A stretch of DNA of 64,000 bases from Vulcanimicrobiota bacterium (GCA_050250895.1 JBFWNU010000004.1:558934-622933), one strand, 5' to 3'. Shown: positions 28,469-37,496, counted from the first letter of the stretch. The notes: generated by a model from the letters alone, not told the origin. Numbers and translations are program-made.

Positions 28469-30116
28469 AGCGGCTCCCTCCCGTGTTGCGATAGCCTCCC
28501 CCGATGATCTGCGTCTGGACGTTGAAAAATCCGTCATCGACGATCAGGTTGCCGTGGCCGTCGTAACGCTGTCTAGGCAGGGGCGGCAAGGCCTCGTAGT
28601 CGCGCTCAAGAGAATACTGGGTGTCGGGGGCCGAAGGGTCGAGCGACTTGATCAGCCGGCGGCCCTGGGCGTCGATGCCCAGCGAGTCGATACGAGTGTT
28701 GATACCCCCCGACGGAGTGGCCCGTCCACTGGCGTCGTAATGGGCAGCCTGGGCCGGAGGGATCGGCTTCCACTGGCCGTCTTCCAGGCGAAACAGGGTG
28801 TCGGCCGCGCCCGGATGCTCGCGTGAGGCCCAATAGACGGCGTGCAGACCGCTGTCGATGTTGGCCTCGGCGTGGCCCGTGTGCGGCGAGTAGCCGTCCT
28901 CTTTGACCAGGCCGGACTCGGTGTAATACTCGCGTGGCACCGGTGGCAGCGGGTCCCAGCCGGTGTCGGTCTTGCGATAGAGCACGTCGCGGCCGTCGGG
29001 CTCGCCCCACTGGGCATAGACCTCGGCATCCTGGTCTCCGGTCAGATTGAACAACACCTTGGGAAGCCCTGGTGCACCGACCAACTCTCCGGCGTCGTTA
29101 TAGTGCTGACTGGGAGGAGGCGGCAAGGCATCCCAACTGTTGGAATTGAAGTCGTATTGCAGCAGCATGTCGCCCCCCTGGCGCATGCAAGCTACATGGA
29201 GATGGTCATCGGAAGCGTGCATCTTGGCCAACAGGCCAGGGGCCTGGAAGCCTCCCGGTCGCACGATGTTGCCCGAGGCGTCGTAGTCCATCTTGGGAAT
29301 GGGTGGCAAAGCCTCCCAATTGGCCGAGTCGACGTTGAACTTCAAGATGGTCGACCGCCCCACAATGGCGTCCCAGATCGGACCAGCGCCGGCAGCCTCG
29401 GCCATGCCTGCCAGAGCGTAGATGTGGCCGGCCCCGTCCTGGGCGGCCATGTCGCCTTCGACCAGGCCGCGCACCAGATTGGTGAGAGGGTCATCCCCTT
29501 CGAGAAAGGCGTAGGAGGCGGCGAACAGGTTGCCGTGATTGTCGGCGCTCAAGAAGAAGAGGCTGTTGCAGTACTCGCCCGGCACCTGGTGCAAGTTTCC
29601 ATCCGAGGAGTAATACTGTAGCGGGGCCGGAGGGATCAGCTGCCAATCGGGCTCATCCCCGGTGCGATAGAAGATGGAGTCGGGATTGTTGGCTCCCAGC
29701 ACCGGGGACTGGGCGAAGGTGATCCCCTTCACGTCGGGCCGCTTGCGCACCACTCGCTCGAAGCTGCGAGCCTGACCGCGCCGGCCCTCGATGTAGGCCA
29801 GACCGTGGACGTGAAAAAGTCTGGGGTTGTCGGGGTCGACGGTGGCCCAGGCCTCGAGTTTCAAGCCGTCCTCCTCCTCGGTGTAGGGCGTGGCCTCGCT
29901 GTAGCTCTCGAAGGCCTCGTCCTGGTTGAGCAGCAAGATGGCCTTGTTGGTCACGGCCCGAGCCGCCTGGAGCCAGCGTGTCTCTTCAGCCTCGCGCTGG
30001 GTCAGGCGCAGGTTGATCGAGGCCTGCTGGGCGGCCACCGTGCCCAGCACGAAAAGCAAGAGCACGATAAATAGGGCGATAGGAATCGCCATGCCCTTGC
30101 GCCCCGGGAGTGTCAT
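28446..30116 (-). CDS. Large minor pilin (PilX-like) with six WxxLPPxP repeats
   Basis: RKG-MAIPIALFIVL; paralog of 11376-13055. Confidence 0.8.
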   Translation of the reverse strand: MTLPGRKGMAIPIALFIVLLLFVLGTVAAQQASINLRLTQREAEETRWLQAARAVTNKAILLLNQDEAFESYSEATPYTEEEDGLKLEAWATVDPDNPRLFHVHGLAYIEGRRGQARSFERVVRKRPDVKGITFAQSPVLGANNPDSIFYRTGDEPDWQLIPPAPLQYYSSDGNLHQVPGEYCNSLFFLSADNHGNLFAASYAFLEGDDPLTNLVRGLVEGDMAAQDGAGHIYALAGMAEAAGAGPIWDAIVGRSTILKFNVDSANWEALPPIPKMDYDASGNIVRPGGFQAPGLLAKMHASDDHLHVACMRQGGDMLLQYDFNSNSWDALPPPPSQHYNDAGELVGAPGLPKVLFNLTGDQDAEVYAQWGEPDGRDVLYRKTDTGWDPLPPVPREYYTESGLVKEDGYSPHTGHAEANIDSGLHAVYWASREHPGAADTLFRLEDGQWKPIPPAQAAHYDASGRATPSGGINTRIDSLGIDAQGRRLIKSLDPSAPDTQYSLERDYEALPPLPRQRYDGHGNLIVDDGFFNVQTQIIGGGYRNTGGSRYVPMASY

Positions 30117-30143
30117 AGACCAAATATACCAGACGGAGCGGGA

Positions 30144-30614
30144 TCAGGCCACCGTTTCAAAGCCGTGGCGAGTGCTCTCGCGGAAAGTATCGAGGTTCTG
30201 GAAGGGGTCGACGCCCGCGGCTTTGAGTTCACGCTCGTGAGACAGGGTCTTGCGAGTGTGGTCGACATCGAGCACCGAGAAGCTGCTCAGGTCGGACACC
30301 TGGACGAACCGCTCCTGGGCGGGATCGAAAGCGTAGATGGGAGCATGCCGCTCCGAGAACGAGGCGATCTCTTTGGCCACGCCCGCGCCCACGCTGCCGT
30401 CCGAGTGGGTGGCGAAGAACACGCCGTCCTGGGCGTCGCACAGTTGCACGAAGTAGTCCATGCCCCCGCGCTGATAACCCTCGGAGTGGCAGGGCTGGTT
30501 GGGGTTCTCGACTCGGGTGTCGGGAAATTCGCGCTGAAAGCGCTGGCTGATGAGCCGCTCGACCGGGGTGTCGTACATGCTGGTGGGATGGGCGAAGTAG
30601 AAGTTTCTGACCAT
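30144..30614 (-). CDS. Nucleoside 2-deoxyribosyltransferase-like protein
   Basis: YFAHP...ENPN...D....F....DGSVGAGVAKEI. Confidence 0.55.
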   Translation of the reverse strand: MVRNFYFAHPTSMYDTPVERLISQRFQREFPDTRVENPNQPCHSEGYQRGGMDYFVQLCDAQDGVFFATHSDGSVGAGVAKEIASFSERHAPIYAFDPAQERFVQVSDLSSFSVLDVDHTRKTLSHERELKAAGVDPFQNLDTFRESTRHGFETVA

Positions 30615-30620
30615 GCTCTG

Positions 30621-30653
30621 AGCCTATCTGACCGCGCTGAAATTCGCGTGAAA
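30621..30653 (-). promoter_or_regulatory. Direct-repeat promoter TTTCACG-N4-TTTCAGC-N9-TAGGCT, leaderless to ATG 30614
   Basis: Read directly from the sequence; recurrent architecture. Confidence 0.7.
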
Positions 30654-30697
30654 GTGGAACGACCAGGGTTGAAGGGCCCGGCTACGAACCAGCCTGG

Positions 30698-32017
30698 ATG
30701 AAGCTGCGGGACCTGGCCGACTTTCTCGACCAGATTCAAGAAGGCCATGTCGACTCCCACGGCGTGTTCACCCTGGACTGGTCGCGGGCCCAGGAGAAGC
30801 TGGCCAAATATCAAGCCGAGGCGCCCGGGTTGTGGCTGCTCAAGCTGTTGCAGTTTGCGGTGGCTCACGACTCCGAGTATTTTCTGGTGAAGGTGCGATT
30901 CGACACGACGGTTGTCGAGTTCAAGGCGCCAGCGGAGGGAGCCATCGAAGCGTTGACTACCCTCGACCCGGTCGGATGTTCTTCCCTCGACCATCTCCAG
31001 GTCGGAGTTCAGTCGCTGTGCACCGTCCCCAAGAGCGAAGCCACTCTGGCCTTCGGTGACCGAGAATACCCATTGAGAAACGGAGTGCTCATCGAACCTG
31101 GCGAGCCTCTCAAACGCCCCCTGGCTCACTTTCGCATCACCCGCCGCTGGAAATCAACCGGCCGCGGGCGGTTGTTCGACTATTTCGGGAACAGCCGGGT
31201 GCACCTGGATGAGTCGCTGTTTCTTCAAGAGATGGGTCGCTTCGCCCCCACCAGGCTTCTTTACGATGGGCGCCTGCTCAACGACCCCGTGGTCAACAAG
31301 CCGCCGGCGCTCCGGCTTGGGGTCTGGGTCGGACCGTTCCAACGCCGCCCGCGACCGGCCATCCCCTACGCTACCCTCGAGCGCATCGTGCTGACCCGAG
31401 CGCCCATGGAGCAGCGCCTGGTGGTCGCCGACCACAGCCTGCGCAGTCCAGAGTTTCTGGTGACCGACCACAACGCCTATCGCGTGAATGGCTACCACGC
31501 CTTCGTGCAGGAGTGGCAAATGGAGGATGGGCAGATCGAGTGCCGGCCTGACAAACTCAGAGAGTTTCTGCGCTCGTTGAGACCCCACTACAACTTTTTC
31601 ACCTCTCGCATCGAGCGAGCCGATGGCGAGACCGAACTCTGGTATGATTACAATCGTGGCCTGCCGGCCCTGAGTGCGCGCGGTTATCTGTCGCTTGACC
31701 TTGGCCAGGACCGGGAAGGCCGCCTTTATCTGGTGCATCACGGGGTGTGCATGAAGCACCGGCCGCTGGGCCCCAAGTTCAAGGGGTGTCTGGCGATCTG
31801 GAGTGTTCCCGAGGTACACACCGACCTGAGCCAGTTGCAGGTGCTCGACGACGAACTCTACGCCTCCATTCTGGCCACCGTCCAATCCCACTTCTCCGAG
31901 GCGGCGGCCACCCTGGTGCGCATAGCGGAGGAGCCCCGCGACCTTTGGCACCGCTATCAACGCCCGCTCGACGACATGCTCCTGGCCCGAGCCAGGGGGT
32001 TGGCCGAGAACAAATAA
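30698..32017 (+). CDS. Hypothetical protein with a degenerate GHKL/HSP90-like N-terminus
   Basis: SHGVFTLDWSRAQEKLAKYQ...WLLKLLQFAVA; paralog of 41690-42820. Confidence 0.65.
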   Translation: MKLRDLADFLDQIQEGHVDSHGVFTLDWSRAQEKLAKYQAEAPGLWLLKLLQFAVAHDSEYFLVKVRFDTTVVEFKAPAEGAIEALTTLDPVGCSSLDHLQVGVQSLCTVPKSEATLAFGDREYPLRNGVLIEPGEPLKRPLAHFRITRRWKSTGRGRLFDYFGNSRVHLDESLFLQEMGRFAPTRLLYDGRLLNDPVVNKPPALRLGVWVGPFQRRPRPAIPYATLERIVLTRAPMEQRLVVADHSLRSPEFLVTDHNAYRVNGYHAFVQEWQMEDGQIECRPDKLREFLRSLRPHYNFFTSRIERADGETELWYDYNRGLPALSARGYLSLDLGQDREGRLYLVHHGVCMKHRPLGPKFKGCLAIWSVPEVHTDLSQLQVLDDELYASILATVQSHFSEAAATLVRIAEEPRDLWHRYQRPLDDMLLARARGLAENK

Positions 32018-32045
32018 AAAAACCACCCGGAGGCGACCCGGGTGG
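32016..32045 (-). terminator. Intrinsic terminator of the 34343-32055 operon
   Basis: CCACCCGG/CCGGGTGG stem with T7 on the minus strand. Confidence 0.75.
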
Positions 32046-32054
32046 CGAGGAGAT

Positions 32055-33188
32055 TCACTTCTTGGCGTTGGACCACAAGACTTTGTTGTCTTCGCCAAGG
32101 ACTCGGAGGTTTTCCACACCGTTGACCTTGATTTGGCTGCCTCCTTTCCCCTGAGAGTAGAGTACTTTTCCGTCGGCTCCGACCAGGGAAAAGTTCTGGC
32201 CGTTGCCGTTGATGTCGGCTGAATCCTTACCAAGCCCGCCATTGAGAGAGACCTTGTCGCGGCCCTGGCTGACGTCGTAGGTCAGATGATCGTTGCCCCA
32301 GCCTCCATTCATCTCGATTTTGTCGTTGCCCCGGCCGCCGCCGGCGCGAAGTTCATCGTTACCCAGTCCTCCTTTCTGGACGATATGATCGTTGCCGTTG
32401 CCGCCCGAGGCGGCCAGTTTATCATTGCCCCATCCTCCTCTTTGTTCGATGTCGTCGCGGCCGCGGCCGCCGGTAGCCAATTGCTCATCGTTGCCCAGGC
32501 CACCGCGCTGGCGGATCCGGTCACTACCGTCGCCACCGTCGGCCACTTGCTGGTCGTTGCCCAGGCCGCCGTGCTGGTCGATGCGATCCCGGCCGCGCCC
32601 GCCCAGCCCGACCTGGAAGTCGTCGCCCCAGCCGCCGCGCTGGCTGATGTGGTCGTTGCCGCCATCACCGGAGGCATACTGCTGATCGCGTCCCAGGCCA
32701 CCCCGCTGGTGGATGTGGTCGTTGCCGCCGCCAGTCACGGCGGCCTGCAGGTCGTCACCCAGGCCGCCGCGCTGGTGCACACGATCGGCCCCGGCGCTGC
32801 CGCCGGCAATCTGGGTGTCGCTGCCCCAACTGCCACCCTGCGAGACCCGCCCGCCGTTGGTGTTGACCTGATAAGGGCCTTTGAACCCCTCGGGGTTGGC
32901 CACCGCCAGAGCTGACGAGCCGTTGTGGGCGGTAGCCGCGGCGGTGCCGTCATTGGCCGCCGCCAGGGCGAAGTTGAAGCCGCCCATAATGTCGTTGAGG
33001 TTGCGGTTGAGTAGCTGATTGATGGTGAACTTGCCGTTCTGGTTCCAGCCCAGCGACAGCCCCAGGGCGGTGCCACCCGGGCCGGCCTGGGCCAGGGCCC
33101 CGGCCGAGTTGGCCGTCGACCCGGCCGCGGCCGTGCCCTTGTTCTCGGCCTGGGTGAAGGCCAGCGGAAGTTGGTTAGCGATCAACAT
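32055..33188 (-). CDS. Gly-rich protein with 11-aa GGxGxD (RTX/curlin-like) repeats
   Basis: About 15 units such as GGLGNDQQVAD and GGDGSDRIRQR; AAGGAG RBS. Confidence 0.85.
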   Translation of the reverse strand: MLIANQLPLAFTQAENKGTAAAGSTANSAGALAQAGPGGTALGLSLGWNQNGKFTINQLLNRNLNDIMGGFNFALAAANDGTAAATAHNGSSALAVANPEGFKGPYQVNTNGGRVSQGGSWGSDTQIAGGSAGADRVHQRGGLGDDLQAAVTGGGNDHIHQRGGLGRDQQYASGDGGNDHISQRGGWGDDFQVGLGGRGRDRIDQHGGLGNDQQVADGGDGSDRIRQRGGLGNDEQLATGGRGRDDIEQRGGWGNDKLAASGGNGNDHIVQKGGLGNDELRAGGGRGNDKIEMNGGWGNDHLTYDVSQGRDKVSLNGGLGKDSADINGNGQNFSLVGADGKVLYSQGKGGSQIKVNGVENLRVLGEDNKVLWSNAKK

Positions 33189-33198
33189 GGCGTGCTCC

Positions 33199-33357
33199 TT
33201 ACTTGTGACGAATCTCGATGACGATCTCGCCGGGGCCGGCCACCGCCTCGGCTTTGGCTCCCCCTGAAGCCGAGGCGATGGCGATCGATCCCTGGCAGTG
33301 CTCTGGCATGACCAGAGGCCGGCTGGCTAGCAGTTTCTTGATCCACTCGCGATCCAT
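33199..33357 (-). CDS. 52-aa protein absent from the ORF track: MDREWIKKLLASRPLVMPEHCQGSIAIASASGGAKAEAVAGPGEIVIEIRHK
   Basis: ATG overlaps the upstream TAA (TAATG), its stop overlaps the RBS of the next gene, and it shares ASGG/AGPG motifs with both neighbours. Confidence 0.75.
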   Translation of the reverse strand: MDREWIKKLLASRPLVMPEHCQGSIAIASASGGAKAEAVAGPGEIVIEIRHK

Positions 33358-34343
33358 TAGCGACCTCCCGCATTGCTGTCGGCACGACCGAACAAGAGGG
33401 CGTCGGCCACGGCTCCACCGCCCCAGTCGGCCCGGCTGCGGGCTGACGAGAACAGGTCGGCGCGAGCCACCGAGTTGGAGCCGTGGAAAGCGCTGGCATC
33501 GGCACTCGACCAGTCATCGGCCTGAGCGGCGGCCCCGCTCCGATTGGCGGCCAGGGCGTTGGCGCTGGAACGGTCGTCGGCGTCGGCGAAGGCCTGGGAG
33601 TGGAAGTCGGCTCGACTGGTAGCCCGCGAGCCGTCGTCGGCTACCGCATCGGCCCGAGACAGGCCGGTAGCGTGGGCGCGAGCGCTGGAATGGTCGGAGG
33701 CGAAGGCGTTGGCCAGCGAGTCGATGCTGGGGCCGGTCGAGCTGTCGTCGGCGATGGCGGTGGCGTTGGAGTGGTTGATGGCGCCAGCGTTGGCAAACGA
33801 GGCCACGTTGGCGTTCGAGTCCGCCCGGGAATGGTTGATGGCGTTGGCCGTGGCGCCCGAGCCGGCGTTGGCCCTGGCATTGGCCGAGGAGAACCAGTCG
33901 GCGTTGGAGCTGGCGCTGGAGTTGTTGGTGGCGGTCGAGGTGGCCCGCGACAGGTCGTCGGCCCTGGCCGAGGCGCTCGAGTTGTTGCTGGCCGTGGCCC
34001 GCGAGCTGGACAGGTCGGTGGCTCGGGAGACCGCCGTCGAGTTGTTGGAGGCGCTGGCGTTCGAGCTGCTATGATTGGCCGCCGAGGCGACCGAGGTGGA
34101 GCCGTTTCGGGCCGTCGAGGTGGCCGAGCTGCCGCCGCTGGCGCTCGACACGGCCAGGTTGCCGCCGCTCATCGCGTTGCTCAGCACGCTGTTGATGCCA
34201 GAGTTGACGGCCCAGCCCGATTTCCAGGGCAGCCCGGAGCCACCGGCCTGGGTCGAGGCGGCGCCGCCGGTCTGAGTGGGAGCGGCCACGCGAGCGGTGG
34301 GGCGGGCGGTCTGGGCGGGAGAGTTCTGAATTGCTAGAGCCAT
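33357..34343 (-). CDS. Ser/Ala/Asn-rich protein with about 25 decapeptide repeats (predicted beta-solenoid)
   Basis: NNSSASARAD/DLSRATSTAT/NHSRADSNAN periodicity; AAGGAGG RBS. Confidence 0.85.
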   Translation of the reverse strand: MALAIQNSPAQTARPTARVAAPTQTGGAASTQAGGSGLPWKSGWAVNSGINSVLSNAMSGGNLAVSSASGGSSATSTARNGSTSVASAANHSSSNASASNNSTAVSRATDLSSSRATASNNSSASARADDLSRATSTATNNSSASSNADWFSSANARANAGSGATANAINHSRADSNANVASFANAGAINHSNATAIADDSSTGPSIDSLANAFASDHSSARAHATGLSRADAVADDGSRATSRADFHSQAFADADDRSSANALAANRSGAAAQADDWSSADASAFHGSNSVARADLFSSARSRADWGGGAVADALLFGRADSNAGGR

Positions 34344-34380
34344 TTGTTTGGCCTCCTTCGGTGTTGTTTAACTTGGTCAC

Positions 34381-34455
34381 AGAATAGGCCACCGCATGAC
34401 GTGCTCGATAAAATCGGATCAAAAATTGTAAACGGCATGTAAACTTCAGGTGAAA
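34381..34455 (-). promoter_or_regulatory. TTTCACC-N4-GTTTACA-N4-GTTTACA-N11-GATTTTATCG-N19-TATTCT
   Basis: Spacing identical to 42835-42898. Confidence 0.6.
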
Positions 34456-34658
34456 CTTGCAGGCGGGGTTGGCTGAGATACCTGAGAAAACGGAGCAGCA
34501 CCCACCGGGGGAGCCCCGGCTTCGATCACCGCAACATTGACCAAACAGGCCGCCACGGCACTTGCCGGGGACCGAGCCTACCACAGGACTCGAGTCGGCT
34601 GGGAAGAAATCAGAGACCGTGTTTGCGAGGTCGGGGCGACGACGCAAACGGGGAGGTC

Positions 34659-35162
34659 ATGGAACTTCAACTGAATGACGCATTGTCTCTATTGGGAGCG
34701 GTGGTAACGGTGGCTCTCACCATTTTCATGATGACGCGCGTGCCGAAGCCGGCCGGCAACGCACCGAGAGCGACCTTTCCGGCCCCGAAGAACATTCGTA
34801 TGGGGCGTCACCCCATCTTGAGGACCCAGGAGGCCGGCCTGGATCTGGTGCGACACAAGCAACAGATGCACTTTGAGTATCAGGGAAAGCGGGTGCAAGT
34901 CGAAGCCAAGGGTAACGCCGAGGTTCTGATCCTGATGCTGTGGAGCGCCATCGAGAGCCAGGGGTCGCCCGCCGTTCCGACCGAAACCGGTCCAGGGATC
35001 TGGCACTGGCGGTGGACCTTCGGAGGCGGGACCAGTGACGTCGGTCCGGAATTGATCCACTATGATACGGGAGAGGCGCAGGTGACTCTCGATGCTTCTG
35101 GAGCCCTCCTGACTCTCGAGACGGTCAAGGAGTCTCGTGCGCGACCGAGTGGGCCGCCGTAG
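34659..35162 (+). CDS. Hypothetical protein with an N-terminal TM
   Basis: GGAGG RBS before ATG 34659. Confidence 0.55.
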   Translation: MELQLNDALSLLGAVVTVALTIFMMTRVPKPAGNAPRATFPAPKNIRMGRHPILRTQEAGLDLVRHKQQMHFEYQGKRVQVEAKGNAEVLILMLWSAIESQGSPAVPTETGPGIWHWRWTFGGGTSDVGPELIHYDTGEAQVTLDASGALLTLETVKESRARPSGPP

Positions 35163-35167
35163 ACCTG

Positions 35168-35349
35168 ACGTGCCCAACCGACTCTGGGCTTGACGTCCAT
35201 CAAGTGGTCTTTTACCGCCGCGGCGGGTCTACCGTGCCAGACAACCTGATCGTGGTCTGTTGGTCTGCCACGCCAACGGGCGCGACCTGGAACGGGAAGA
35301 ACCGGTAGGAGTCATCGATTGGCTAGCGCCCTCGCCCAGGACTGGATGA
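35168..35349 (+). pseudogene. Frameshifted C-terminal remnant of an HNH endonuclease, homologous to 37625-38683
   Basis: LDVHQVVFYRRGGSTVPDNLIVVC and GRDLEREEPVGVIDWL versus LDVHHVVFYCRGGPTVPENLVVVC and GRELERERESGLLEWL. Confidence 0.8.
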
Positions 35350-35473
35350 CGGTTCCGAAGGACGGATGGGTTCCGCCCGCAAGCCCGGACGATGATGCGG
35401 GGTTACTCTCTCCCCGCAGAACCGAACGGACGGCTACACGGATACCCTTTGTCAATACAACGGAGGTACTGCG

Positions 35474-35695
35474 ATGATAAAAACGTTAACCAAGCATGGG
35501 AACAGTCACGCCTTGATCCTCGACCGCGCCATAATGGAATTACTCGAGATTGACGGCAATACGCCGATCAAGATCACTACGGACGGGAAACAGCTCATCC
35601 TGACGCCGATTCGCGAGCCTCAAACGGACCTAAAGAAAGCCCTTACCCGGGTGAACCAACGTCACGGTGGAGCCCTCCGGCGTCTGGCCGAGTAG
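35474..35695 (+). CDS. AbrB/MazE-family antitoxin with no adjacent toxin
   Basis: KTLTKHGNSHALIL...ITTDG..LILTP; GGAGG RBS. Confidence 0.85.
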   Translation: MIKTLTKHGNSHALILDRAIMELLEIDGNTPIKITTDGKQLILTPIREPQTDLKKALTRVNQRHGGALRRLAE

Positions 35696-35767
35696 TTCGT
35701 CTTCAGGGGTCGATGACTGGCGTTCTACCCTGACGGAGAAAATCGGCCGTGGCAACCTTATCGACCA

Positions 35768-35967
35768 CCCAGGCGACCTGCGGGCTGTAGACGTCCGGCC
35801 CACGGCTCCAACGGCAAGCCTCGCGCAGTGCCCTCGCAACCCGAGCGAGTCCCCACGGCGATCCGCCGTTGAGAATGGGTGCAATGCCTTGGAAACGCCA
35901 ATTTGGAGACTCGGATGCGACCGATGGCATCCTCCTTGGCGCCCTTTTGGAGCTGCAAGACTAAGGG
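35768..35967. repeat. 200-bp sequence duplicated in two pieces at 40347-40470 and 40938-41025
   Basis: First 124 nt differ at 3 positions; second part has an 11-nt indel and a few substitutions. Confidence 0.9.
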
Positions 35968-36049
35968 TCTGTCAGTAAGAGTCGCATTCCGGGTGTCGAG
36001 GCGCCCCTGTGGCAAGGCGCGTCTGACCGCGCATATGGCAATATGTAAG

Positions 36050-36713
36050 GGAAGCGCAACGCAGCCCCAGACTGAACTTGTCGAGACGAAAGAATTTTTT
36101 GAGAATCTCAACGGCTTGTGGATAGGACATTTGGCTGGCAAGCAGGGCCATCACTTCTTGAAGGTCAGGTAGGGCGCTGTGCTTGCCGTCTAGGCCCGCA
36201 GAAGGTCGAGAGGAACGGCAGAGTGACCACAATCGCCGTGGTAGGCGCGCTGGATCTGGATCTGGCCGAGTTTGGTCTTCACCGATTTCTTGACATCCCC
36301 CTGGAACTCGAGCTCCTGATCGCAGTCGTGGCAGCACATACGGCTGCGGTAGAACCCTTGATAATGCCCCAAGACGGCCTCCATCAGCCCGCGCCCGAGT
36401 GAGAAGACGACCTCAGGGATGAATTCCTGGAGGAGTCCGGGAAGCTCCTTCTCTTGGTTGCGAACGAGCGCTTCATTAAAGCGAAGGAATACGGTGCGAA
36501 AGCATTCCCCCGCTAGCGAGACTATCTGGTTCCAGAGGCGGTCGGCACGGCGGGGTAGTCCGACGCGCGGACCCGGGCCATTTCACGTTAGATGGGCTGC
36601 GGTTCGGCAGCCATTCGGGACTTACACTGAGTCGACTGTTCCGTAGGATTTTCGGGGATTCGATCGCGAACTTTACCGCTCGGCGTTGCACTGGCAATCG
36701 GGATGATATTCAT
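36050..36713 (-). pseudogene. Degenerate ISKra4-family transposase (N-terminal part)
   Basis: C..C.....FQG...KSVKTKLG.I.I.RAY...CGH...PLD, a frameshift, then LQEVMALLASQMSYPQAVEIL; GAGGAGG RBS before ATG 36713. Confidence 0.7.
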
Positions 36714-36858
36714 TGTTGGCCTCCTCTTGAAGTGGGTGTTTTAGTCTACAGTCAACTTCAAGTTCGGAGGCCATTTCCTTGCCCTTCGAGAGGATCAAAC
36801 CCCACAAAATGACGTCCCAGAGGGTTTACCGAGAAATCGGATCAGCAACCAATAGCAC

Positions 36859-36887
36859 TTGACAATACGTGATCGGAAAACTACTAT
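36859..36887 (+). promoter_or_regulatory. Sigma70-type promoter TTGACA-N17-TACTAT, leaderless to ATG 36894
   Basis: Consensus -35 with canonical spacing. Confidence 0.75.
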
Positions 36888-36893
36888 CGCATC

Positions 36894-37367
36894 ATGTCTC
36901 GCAGTGACGTTATCTGTGCGTGTTGCCATCAGGAAGTGTATCGAAGCGATGAAACGTACGCGGGCCTATCCGGTGGTGCTTGCATCGAACTCGACCTCGA
37001 TGAAGATCTTGAGCTATACCGAAGACTTGTGCAAAGGGCCTCAGGTTTTCTCGAAATCTGGTGGCGCTCACCCTATTCCAAGGGCGAAGGGGGCAGTCTT
37101 GAGAAGGCGAAGATTGTTGAAGATGGGCATCACGGTCAATTCGATTTGGCTTTCTGTTCCACGATTTGTCTTCGTTCCTACTTGAATTCACGCGTGGATG
37201 CTCTCGAGGGCGTTGTCCAAAGTTGGTATCTAAGTCGTGTTCGGTTCACCCTGGAGCAAGGGGATGATTCAAAGGCGATCAGCGAATGGCAGAGCTATTT
37301 CGGGTGCTCTCGACAAGAGGCCGAGGAAGTTGTTGCGAATTTGAAAGACGGCAATACTTCACAGTAG
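36894..37367 (+). CDS. Hypothetical protein with Cys pairs
   Basis: CACC...FCSTICL; strong promoter upstream; lower GC. Confidence 0.65.
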   Translation: MSRSDVICACCHQEVYRSDETYAGLSGGACIELDLDEDLELYRRLVQRASGFLEIWWRSPYSKGEGGSLEKAKIVEDGHHGQFDLAFCSTICLRSYLNSRVDALEGVVQSWYLSRVRFTLEQGDDSKAISEWQSYFGCSRQEAEEVVANLKDGNTSQ

Positions 37368-37467
37368 CGTTCTCCTTCGTAACTGAACGCACCGTGGCGC
37401 TGGCGCGCCCTTTGCCCCAAGAGCGCTCGTCAGGGCCGCGAGGCAGAGGCAAAGACTGCAACGGAGA

Positions 37468-37496
37468 AGGGCGTGACCGTCGCCGAAAGGCGCTCG
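37468..37496. repeat. 29-bp direct repeat, left copy (right copy 39489-39517)
   Basis: AGGGCGTGAsCGTCGCyGAAAGGCGCTCG, 2 mismatches. Confidence 0.8.

Noticed and set aside
33019-34337. Plus-strand Ala/Leu/Glu- or Gly/Val-rich ORFs
   Set aside because: Antisense translations of the decapeptide repeat gene; RBS, gene coupling and terminator all support the minus strand
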